DNA of 64,000 nt from Dimorphilus gyrociliatus (Eukaryota; Animalia; Annelida), in assembly GCA_904063045.1 (NCBI GenBank), contig CAJFCJ010000001.1, forward strand, positions 2,294,001-2,358,000. The letters are read 5' to 3'. Made by a program: the position numbers and the translations under genes. Below the pieces are notes generated by a model. The model was not told the origin of the DNA and searched no databases. It was given only the letters and a program-made list of their open reading frames with translations. This document shows, in pieces, positions 1 to 10,787 of the stretch; positions within the stretch are counted from its first letter, which is position 1, and every line of letters starts with the position of its first letter.

Positions 1-3000
1 GCTCCTGTACCAAAAGCATCGATGAAGCTCATGCATCCTCCATGAAATGAAGCACTATCCATATCCAAATAGTCAACGCGGTTTATAAATTCTATCCAAT
101 TTAAATAATCTCGGATACTAATAGAATCCTTTAACCTTAAATCATCATTATTTTTTAACCACTCAACAAAATCTACCATGCTTTCAGCTTTTACATCTTT
201 TCTTTTTGAATTATGTTTAATAATGCCAACCAAGTCACTCTTACTAGTTTCGGAAAGGCACCATATTTCAGTAAACCTATTACGTAAAGCAGGAGATAGT
301 TCTTTTTTACCAAAATCACCTCCAGGATTCATTGTGGCTACTAATCGAAATTTATCATTAGCGAAAACCTCCTCGCCTCCTTTTTCCGCTAACACCAAGC
401 TACGATCCAATTCAAGAACAGAATTTAGCCGTTCGATTACTGAATCGTCAACCAATGAAACTTCATCAAGTAAAAATAACCCACCAGCTTTCATTGAATC
501 AACAAGAGGACCATCTACCCACTCAAAAAGTCTTTTATCGTTCTCAGACCTATTTCTAACTGGTCTTAAACTGCCGAGAATGTCTCCAACTTCGGTGTTA
601 CGATGACAAGAAATTGACCATAATTGAGCCCTTAGTTGATTGGCGAATAAATAAGATAATGTTGTTTTACCGCAACCAGTTTGTCCTACCAAAAGAACAG
701 GTTCGGAGAAAGTTATAGCTTCATTCAATAACACAGCCATTCTCCTAAGAGATTTTGTCCAAACCAAATGTTTAAAGTCTTCGGTAAAGTTGGAATTCAT
801 TAATTGGTGCATAATATTATTTGATTGCCTAGTACAAGTTTTTGAATTAACAGAAAATAGGTCACTTTCACAGATATTTGTCCTGGGAAATGCCTTTTCA
901 ATGATTTCCTTAACAACTACAGCCTCATCCTCGCATCGAACTCTACCAGCCAATAACATAAATCCCTGCTCTGCTAGAAATTGGTTCCAGTCTTTATTTT
1001 GGCCTTCAGTTAACCTATATCTATTAGCCCATCTAAATAGGTCTCGTAAAGTGATAAAACCTTCTTTGCCAACAAATACTCCGCTCTTTCTTCTGACTAG
1101 TTGCAAATTTTTCATAACCTTCACTAGTTTTTCAGCGTAAGACTGAGGAATCTTACAGCGTTTGTGAACTATTTGGACCAATTCCTTTTCAGGTAGTAAA
1201 TCAAAATGCAGTTCTATAAAACGATTTCGGAAGGCTCTAGATAATTCCTTTCTCCCTCCATAACTTGTACCAGCTGGGTTTTGAGTCGCAAATAACATAA
1301 ATTTTGGATCAGCTTTAACAACTTCACGAGTTTCAGTTATCAATAATTCTCGGTTATCATCTAAAACTCTGTTTAATGCCTCTAAAACGTCAGTTGGGGC
1401 AAGATTGAGTTCATCCAATATTATCCAATAGCCTTTTCTCATAGCTTGGACTAAAACTCCATCCTGATAAGTAAGGACTCCATCGCCATCAGTTGTATAA
1501 CAACCAATGTACTCCTGCATATCTGTATGTTCGTGATTGTTAATTCGAAGTACTGTATTTCCAGTTAAACGGGCTAAATATTTTATCAAGGATGTTTTAC
1601 CAACAGAAGTTTCGCCTTGAACCAATATAGGAAGAGAAGCCGACGCTGCTCTTGCCAAATTCTTTAAATTTAAATCAACAGTTTTAGTCATAACATAATC
1701 TTTCATTTCAAATTGTTCATCCTCCCCTTTCTTAATCCAATATCCTTTCACTGTAACATAATCCTTACCGAGCTGCAAAAATTTTCCTTTTCCTCCAAAA
1801 GCTTTTCTTATCTCTGATTCGACGTAATCTTCGGAATGTCGATTCAGACAGGTGAGGAAACTCAAACAAAAGGCTTCATAGAGACAGTAAGAAAAATTGA
1901 CACTCTTTTGTGAACGAGCATATCTTAAAGCTCTGCATAAAGTCCTCAAACTGTAATGTGGCTTTCTACCAGTACCATCCTCTAAATCAGTCTCTGATTT
2001 TTTCCTTAAGGTTTTATACAGATCAACAACAGTATTTATCAATTTCTTATTAACAGATAAGTCTTTTAAGTAAAAGTCAACAAGTTCTAATAATTCATTT
2101 CTTTCAACAAGTTCCTCCACGTAGAGTTCAGTAAATCTATTGCGAACGCCTACTGGTAAGTGACGTTTTCCTACATCTGTTGCAGGATTCATGCATGCAA
2201 ACAACCTAAACTCGGGATGTCTTTTAACAGGAACTTTATCTCCTTTCTCTAGTAATGTTAAAGAGCCATCAGGAGTTAATAAAGAAATTAAACCGTCTAA
2301 TGTATCGGGCGGTGCTAAATTTAATTCGTCAAGTAATATCCAATGCCCTTTTTTAACTGCCTCTACAAGTGATCCTTCAACAAATGAAAATGAGATTTGG
2401 CTTATTTGATTATGTACTTGATCAATTTCTTGTTTTAGGGCTAACCAATCATCTGTCTGATTAGGTTTCTTTATTGCAATATCACAAATTCGTTTCATTA
2501 CTTTTAGCAGCAATTTCCAGCGACCTTTCCTTAAGCAGTCGTTTATTTTTCCAATAAATTGGGTATTTTCTTTTTCATCAAACGATTTGCGAAATAACAC
2601 TTGAAATTTTTCTCTGATGGGATTAACTAAAACTTTCCCACCAACAGGCTTGTAGCCTCCAAGAAGATCAGTGCAATCAGTGTACTGATTCATATTTATT
2701 ACAGTAAGGCACTTTCCTAAATTAGAAGCTAAATACTGAACAGCGCTGGTTTTTCCCGTTCCTGTTTCACCAACAAGTAGTGTGGCTTCGTTGTTAAGAA
2801 CGCAAGCAGCCAAGTTCTCAACTAAATTTGCGGCTTGTCGTGTATTTGTCCATTCATAAAGACTATCGTCTCCAAACTTTTTCAATGTTATTCTTCCAGC
2901 AGTAAAATTCTCATCCATCCACTTAATTTCTGCTCGATAGGCAGACATGAGATGTTCACATTGAGCAGGATTTACATTTAACAAAGAACCTATATGTGTT

Positions 3001-4942
3001 AATGTGCTCAATCTTTTTGATTTGGACGGTGAGGAAAGAACAAAAACTTCGGCAGCTTCTTGAAGAACTTCAGATAATGTCTTAGCATTTAAAAGATCAT
3101 CTTTGATGTATCTATTAATTCTATTGCAAAATTTAGTTATGTCTCTTAGTGATGAAGGCCTTAGAGTATTAGAAACTTCAAATATATCCAATATTTTTTC
3201 TGTAATTGACGATAAATTTGGATATTTCTCATTCAGCATCAAACTCATTTCAATCCTATCTAAATCTGGCATATCGAACGTATTCCATTTTTGATTTTGC
3301 AAAAGAAAGCTCCCGAAAGACTTTCTAGTAGCAAAGAGTCTGAATTCGGAATGGGTACGAACATTATTCCGATGACCAGGTATTGTTAGACATGAATTAT
3401 TTAATAGGGGGGCTAAAAGGGATACGACATCATCAGATGCTTTATCAATATCTTCTAAAAGTAGCCAATGACCCTTGAGAACCGCGGTTGTGAGAGTTCC
3501 GTCAACCCATTCAAACTGACCTGGAATAGGTGTGCAACGGTAGGTTCCTAATAAACTTTTGCTGTCAGTTTGTTCTGAGAGTTGAATGGTAAGAAAATGG
3601 GGAGCTGTACTCCGATTAGTTAGTGAAGCAATATATTTAATGAGAGAAGTTTTTCCTGAACCATTAGAACCTGTCAAAATATCGTATTAAGAACAATATA
3701 AAGCCTTAAAAATATTAACAAACCTTTAATGAGGCTCGCTTTACCCTCGGCAATAGATAAGGCAATCAAATGGCATACTTTGCGGATCGATGGTGTAAGA
3801 ATAAAAGGGTTCTCTACTTTAGAGTTATTTTCACTTAGTTTTGAAGTCAAGAAAACATCATCAACAGTAGGTAGCATGAATAGTTCACGGAAGAGGGTTG
3901 GATCAAGAGATGACCCCTTAATAATTTGGGACCCTTTCTTAGATCTTAACGAGGGAATTCGTAAATGATTGAGTGTTTTAACTATATTTTCTATTTTACC
4001 TGCTAATGCATTCTATTAATGGCTGCGGCTCCAAATACGTCGACCAAAGAGAAAATCTAACCTCAGATGAGATTTGAAAAACATCACATAAGATTTCGCA
4101 CGCCAAACTGCAGATAAATAAGAAATAATTATTTAATTAATACTTTTTCAGAATATTTGTATTAATATACCATCGAATATTACGATTCGAATCTCCAAAA
4201 AATTTAATAAATTGACTCCAATCCCATTCATTACGGAATAATATGGGCTCAGCCCTTACAAATATTAATAAAGCTTTCAAACGTTCCTCCAAAGAAGGCC
4301 TATTCATTTTTTTTCGTTTTTTCTCTGGCTCATCAGTAGTAGACGAGTAAAACGGTTTATTTTTTAAAATGTAACTTGTAGCTAATCTGAAATATATTTC
4401 AAAATTCGGTAATAATTATATTTTTTAATTTTTATCTATCTTACTACAACAATCAACTTAACATGCTAGAATTACGCAATCGTTCAAGTATCAATTTTAT
4501 ACTTTTTCGATGGAGTAACAAGGTATTTTAATTAAATATTTACTTCTAAGAATACAATTATTTTAGCTTATACATACTTCGAGAGGTCTGGTCTCAATTC
4601 CACAATTTTGGATAAAACAACGCATTTTGTTTGAAATTCAGCATGAGATACAGTGATATCAAAATTTCTACTTAACAACTCTGGTATCAAATTTGAACAA
4701 TTTAGGACAAGATCATAATAACAATCTATCTTCAAAACTGATTCACTCAATGCTTGTAAGATTTTATTATAATCACGTTTAGTTTTTTTCTGAAAAATGA
4801 ATGAACGATAATATATGCTTATTGTAAAATTTAATTTTAATACCTTTGTTTCTAAATTTGATTTAAGAATATCCTTCAAGCAAACATTTTTACTGCATAA
4901 TAAATCCAATGATGTTTCCAGTTTCTGAATATCCTCAGTCAT
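1..4942 (-). CDS. MDN1: Midasin (AAA ATPase, 60S biogenesis), 5' part; exons approx. 4942-4844, 4789-4578, 4386-4171, 4107-4000, 3944-3724, 3670-<1
   Basis: Reverse-strand translation shows successive AAA Walker A motifs GSNGSGKT, GETGTGKT, GETSVGKT and GQTGCGKT, with midasin-type segments (GQFEWVDGTL, WLLLEDID, WILLDELN, WIILDELNLAP). The N-terminal region has CVVLSKIV and EWDWSQF. GT-AG introns keep the frame. The 3670-1 frame is open to the window edge, so the ORF track omits it. Confidence 0.93.
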
Positions 4943-5547
4943 TTTGCATTTATCTCTAAATGCAGGACTGTCACGTGTTTCTTTTTCGACCGTTTTATCG
5001 CTCAAAACGAAATAGTCCTCAAATCAGATAGCCTTCATTTGAAGTTAGATGGCGCAAGCAACTTAGTAATTCTTTTTTACAGATAATGTCACTTAGAATG
5101 CGTATTTTTATTACAGGATAGTAACACTATTGATGAAAACTAGAATATTTTATTGTATGCTACATTTTAGACTTTATATGTAATGTTGTCTTCATATCCC
5201 AATTCAAATATAAACTTTATTATCCGTCTAATAGTTTTATAATTACTTTAGAGTTTAATACTAAATTGAGCACTGGTAAATACTTCAACGCATTTTTGTA
5301 CACAAAAGAAGTTGACTAGCAAGAACACAGTGGGATACTCTAACAAGTTTTGGTCAATATTTTAGCTATATGTCAACAGAATACATATATAGATATATAT
5401 AAATTTTAAAAATGAGCTTGTAAATTTAGCTTATTATTAATTAGATGTAATAATACTTTAAGTTTTCAATTTTTATATAAAAATATCTTATCATAGTGAA
5501 AAACTTTCATATATTGGCGCTTTAAAGAGTGAATGGTTACCAGTTTA

Positions 5548-5583
5548 TGACGTCATCATGGCGACGCTGTTTATCATAGCAAC
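5548..5583. promoter_or_regulatory. CRE (TGACGTCA) plus two RFX X-box-like motifs upstream of RSPH4/6
   Basis: TGACGTCA at 5548-5555, GTCATCATGGCGAC at 5552-5565 and GTTTATCATAGCAAC at 5569-5583. They lie just upstream of a probable 5'UTR intron (5641-5695) of a motile-cilia gene. X-boxes are the known RFX sites of ciliary genes. Confidence 0.5.
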
Positions 5584-5715
5584 TAGAGGCGCTTAACAAT
5601 CAACAGAAGATTCTTTAAATCTAAGAGAAATCTTTAACAGGTAATTACTATTTTCAGACTATTCGAACAGTTTTAAAGGTAAAAATATTTTCTAGAAATA
5701 CGTGATACTTCGACC

Positions 5716-7921
5716 ATGTCGGAATCAGAAGTTGCCATAGATCCGGCCGCAGAACCAACTGAAACTCTGCCAACTGAAGGAACAGAAGAAAAAGTGGAGG
5801 AAGAAAGAAAGTCTGTTGAACCTCCCAGCTCTGAGAGAAACTCTGCTGCGGCTAGAAGTCAAAAGAGCTTATCAAGAAAATCTAGTTCTATTAGAAATGA
5901 AACACCTTTAACATCGACCGAACAAGATTTTATTAATGCCAAGAGCTTCTTGTTATCAACGAGCACGTCCTCTGGAGACAATTTGTAAGTATTGAAAAGA
6001 GAATGTGTAAGAAAGACTCCGCACTTTTCATACTTTGTTAATGTAATTAGGTTTTTATCCCACCTCTCTTTTAAAGAATTTGTGTTTTATGTTAGTAAGT
6101 AATAGGCTTCGCCGTGATTAATTAGTTAAGGCGAAGTAAGATCAACCGTGCTAAATTTCCCTTAAAAGGCAATTATTTGTCGATTTTTAATTCTTTACAT
6201 GCTTTTCACTGGTGGTATTAACTGGTTTGTGCCACTGCCCTAATAACATTAATTTCAAAGAAAAATTTGATACTAAAAGGTACAAAATTTTCGTACACAG
6301 GTATGATCATCTCGTGAGAGTATTAACAAGAATATTTGACGAAAGACCGCAAAATGCAGTAGACATTTTTGAATCTTTATCACACGATGAAAAAAAGAAA
6401 AAATTCCAAGGAGAATTTTCCACTGTACACAACAAATATGAAAAAACAACAGAAGTTTCCCTTGCAGAAATTCAAGAGAAACTCTTTGCAAGAGGCGACG
6501 CAGATGACGAGGACATTGTTCCAGAAGATGATGTTGACAGTCCTCTACCTAATCTTATGGAACTTGCTTATTTCTTTGAGCAAGGAGGAATTGGATTGTC
6601 AAGGGAAGAGATGATTCGCATATGGTTAGCTATGAAAGATCTTGTAGACACTCATCCATTGGAGCATGTTAGATTTTGGGGAAAAGTTTTCGGTGTGGAG
6701 CAAAACTATATTATTGCAGAAGCGGAATACAGAGAAACTGAGGAGCCAGAAGAAGAAGAGGAAGCTGAGGAAGACGAGAAAGATGAACTAGCCGAAAAAG
6801 ATGAAGATGGCGAGGAAGAAGGTTGGTTTACTTTATTGATTTAATTTAAAAAATACCAATTTACATGTAAGTATCCTCTGAAAGTCATATCTCTCTACTT
6901 TTTGTTACAGAAGTGGAAGAAGATGACACTCCCAAGCCTGATTACAAACCTCCTTTGGATCCTCCCAAAGAAGAAAACCGCACAGGCTGTAATAAGAAAA
7001 CCTACTTTGTTTGCAATGATCCAGGAAAGCCATGGATTAAATTACCATCTGTAACTCCAATGCAAATTCAAATCAGTAGACAAATTAAGAAATTTTTCAC
7101 TGGCCGTCTGGATGCTCCTGTTATTTCTTTTCCACCATTTCCTGGTAACGAATCGAATTATCTTAGAGCCCAAATTGCGAGAATTTCTGCCGGCACCCAT
7201 ATTTCTCCTTTAAATTTTTATACCTTTGATGAAGAGGAGGAAACAGAAAGTGATGACGGAGGCAGAGATAACTTCATGAAAAACGAAGAATTTGAAGGAG
7301 TTCCCGTTAGAGAACTGATTGATCCCACGTTAGCCAATTGGGTTCATCATGTTCAACATATATTGCCACAAGGTAGAACGAAGTGGTGGAATCCTAACCA
7401 AAAGGGAGATGATTCATTTGAGGATGAAGACGAAGAAGAAGAACGAGAGGAGCCAGATGAGCCTCAGCCTGAAGTTGGGCTTCCCCTGCTCACGCCATTG
7501 TCTGAAGACATTGACGTTGACGGAGTTCCTCCATGGACAGCCAAACTGTCTTCAACTTTGGTTCCCCAGCACGCTGTTGCTATTATGAGATCAAATCTTT
7601 GGCCTGGAGCTTATGCATTCGCATCAGATCGTAAATTCGAGAATGTTTATATTGGTCTTGGACATAAATATTCAGCAGAGAATTATAGCCCACCACCTCC
7701 TCCAGTAATTCAGGACGAATTCCCTCCAGGAGAAGCCATAACGGAGAAAGATGATCCAACACCTGAGGAAGAGGTGATTAAAATTTAATAATTCCTTGGT
7801 AGTATTCCATTAACAAATGATTGTTTTTCACATATAGGCCGCATTAAGAAACGCTCAGGAGGAAGAGGCTGAAGAAGAAGAAGCTATTGAAGAAGGCGAA
7901 GAAGAAGATGAAGACGATTAA
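5716..7921 (+). CDS. RSPH4A: Radial spoke head protein 4/6 family; exons 5716-5984, 6301-6821, 6911-7773, 7838-7921
   Basis: Family motifs [70 protein letters not shown] and FENVYIG, plus acidic tracts. Splice phases are consistent. Confidence 0.93.
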
Positions 7922-8744
7922 ATAAAACATTATACTTATAAATAAATATATTTGATATGTAAATGTAAACATAGTTATTTATAAGGAATATAAAGCAATA
8001 TTTGTGATGTGTTACAGGACCAACTTTAAATACAAGTAAAGATTATTATTTTTGACAAAATTTTGAACATTGATCATTGTTACAACTTTTTAATGCAATG
8101 GTCATGAATTTTAAATCAAAAAGTGTTTTTCTAGATATGAAAATTTTTAAACACTTAATGTAGGTGCGGAGCTTCTGCCCCACTAAATTCACACCATATC
8201 CGGTTCAGGAGACATTACTCAATTTACTTAAGTTCATCTGCACTAATTGTCAAAAAGAGTCTAATTTGGTAAGAAATACAGCTATTATGACACCTTAAGT
8301 GTAAAATGTGTAGGCGAAGCAATTGAACCAAAATTTTAGAAACTTAAAACCATAATAGATATATTTTGGGCGTTTGCATTTACGTTTCTTTTGTCTTGAC
8401 CTCATTTTGGAAGAAATTTACTTTTCACAAAGTTATTTCTTCACGTGCTTAAGTCTTACAAAATTTTATTATTGTGATAACATATGGTTCAACATGAAGA
8501 ATTTAGCTATTGATTTGACAGTAATATCGCAAAAATGTAAAAAGGCAGTTTTCATTAACAATACTTATAACACTTAATCTTGAGTATATATGATATAGTG
8601 AGTCATACAAAGATACTTAAAGCTCTTGTTAAAAAACTTTTCCTCAAAAAAAACTAGGGGGTTAGTTTGTACACTTTTATAAATTTCATTCATTCAGATT
8701 TTTATAATCATTTTTGATATTTATGTATCTTCGAAATAGTAAAA

Positions 8745-9623
8745 ATGTTTGGAGGTAGACGTCAACAAAATGATGAGGATCACAAAACTGTTATACAACC
8801 AAATACTAAAACACCTACGGATAAGACGAACAGGTCGTTCAAACCTTACAACTTTCAAGCTAGGCCGTTCTACGAAAATTATAAGAAATCTCAGCCGGAC
8901 TACGTTTGTATTATTATATATTGCAGTGAAATCTTGAATTAATCTCACGTTTTAATAGAAACCGGAGAAGTTCGACACTAACACTAACTTTTTATCAAAT
9001 GATAAATTTATTGAAATGTCATTGGCCATACCAAAGTTGGAAGAAAACTGCAGTGGTGAACGAGGACCTCGGTACAGCGGTCCTGCCTCAAATGAAAAAA
9101 CAATAAGTCAAAATCTGTTTGGTTTAGATAAAAGCGACATAGAAGCTCCGGAGGATCTGGAGCAAACAGCTGAGGGTCAGTCAATGATGCGCGAAATCGG
9201 TTTAACTGATGCTCATGCTGCCATTAACCCCGGAAACTGGTTTACTTCGGACATGAAGAAGCTTGAGCGTAGAATTCAGTATGCCAGTCAAATGGGATGG
9301 ATGCTAGTATCATTCGAGCGAAGTGCTCTTGCTAAATTACAACATGAACGAAATATCCAATCAAGGAAGGAAATTGGAGCGTCAGAAAAAGTGGAAGAAA
9401 TTGAAAGTAGACTCTCGAAACTCGAGAGAAACGTTAGTAAATATTTATATATTTCTATATACAAACGTTATCATTCAAGTATATTATTTAAAATAATTGA
9501 TTCATTAAGAATTATATATGTTTTTATTTACAAATATGCTTTTTTTTATATCTTCAGTGGAAACCTCCTCCAAGAAATATTGAACGTGCAGGAAAGAATT
9601 TGTTCAGATTTCGCTTTCGATAA
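8745..9623 (+). CDS. Uncharacterised spliced gene (~230 aa); exons 8745-8903, 8959-9432, 9558-9623
   Basis: A long open frame (8959-9432) joins by phase-0 GT-AG introns (55 and 125 nt) to an upstream ATG exon and a terminal exon WKPPPRNIERAGKNLFRFRFR*. A predicted coiled-coil segment reads EKVEEIESRLSKLERN. No family recognised. Confidence 0.55.
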
Positions 9624-9692
9624 AGAGGTCCAAAATATTCTTGAAAGAATGTATTACCTATTTGATGGATCGTTTTGTTTGTTAAGTGTAAA

Positions 9693-10532
9693 TTAAGATT
9701 CTTCCACCGCCATAAGGCCTACAAAGTCTTTGTATTGTACTGTTCCTTTATCCGGATCCTGAGCTGCGGAAAGCATTTCTTCCATTTCGTCTTGAGTAAA
9801 AGGTTCACCTATATAAGACAATTGTTTAAAGCCTTTGGTAATATATATATCTATATATTAGTATATACAAATATATATATACATGTATATATAAGTGGGT
9901 GCCTGCAAAAGACTTGTTCATTCTAAGAATATACTCTGTCATGTAAACATTTTTTTGTAAATTATCACCTTCTTTCATCATGTACTTTTGCAACTCGTCA
10001 CTAGTCAAAAACCCCTGGTTCTCAGTGTCCAAAGTTTGGAAAGCTTTTAATAAAATATCTTCTGGTTGAGGCTTGTAGCGTCGATCCATTAAAATAGTGG
10101 TCATCACGGGCAGAAATTTTTCAAATTTTACATAGCCCGTAGGTTCATCTTCTTCCATCTAAGTATTTAAAAGTCACTTTTTTGAAAACTATTGATTAGA
10201 ATTTTATGCGAGGCATACTTCTGTTAATATATCATGAAGTTCTGCTTCTGTTGGACAACAATTTAATGACCTGACGATAGTTCCTACTTCTCTGAAATTC
10301 AAATTTCTCCAATTGTTTTCTTAATTTGTAAAATATATACAAACCGAACATCCACCGTTTTATTATTTTCATGATCAAATATATCAAATGCTTTAGTTAT
10401 TCTCCCTTGTATTTCGGCTATGATGGCCTCGGCTTTATCCTTCTTTTCTCCAGTGTCAGACTCTCGCCTCTCTTCAGTCGACATGCTTCCTATGTCGCTA
10501 TGGGATATAATATGGTTCGTGCTCCCTTCCAC
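9693..10532 (-). CDS. EFCAB2: EF-hand calcium-binding protein 2 / dynein regulatory complex subunit 8; exons 10532(or 10484)-10345, 10291-10219, 10158-9969, 9808-9693
   Basis: Sequence AFDIFDHENNKTVDVREVGTIVRSLNCCPTEAELHDIL, MEEDEPTGYVKFEKFLPVM, GEPFTQDEMEEMLSAA. Canonical splice sites are in phase. Confidence 0.9.
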
Positions 10533-10787
10533 AAATTATTTAAGCTATGATTTATGGAACTCGTACCCTAATATATTTCGTCCAATCAGAGATCGGATTG
10601 CAAAAGAATTTAAAACACTTTTAACCAATCAAGTGATAGGTCTTATCCGGCAATCCGGTCTGCATTTGTGAAGTCGCCATCTTGAAATTTGTTACTGACG
10701 CCGATTTGCCGTTGTGTATTCTCTAATTACGCCACATTCGTATCGATCCCTTACGAATCGGTACTAGGATAAATAGCGCTTTGAAAG
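10533..10787. promoter_or_regulatory. Bidirectional promoter between EFCAB2 and hnRNP U
   Basis: About 255 bp separates the head-to-head start codons. The interval has CCAAT motifs (near 10582 and 10625) and a YY1-type CGCCATCTT at 10675-10683. Confidence 0.55.

Noticed and set aside
178-3968. Plus-strand ORFs (142, 116, 72, 63, 79 aa)
   Set aside because: They are antisense shadows of the midasin coding exon and show no protein features.
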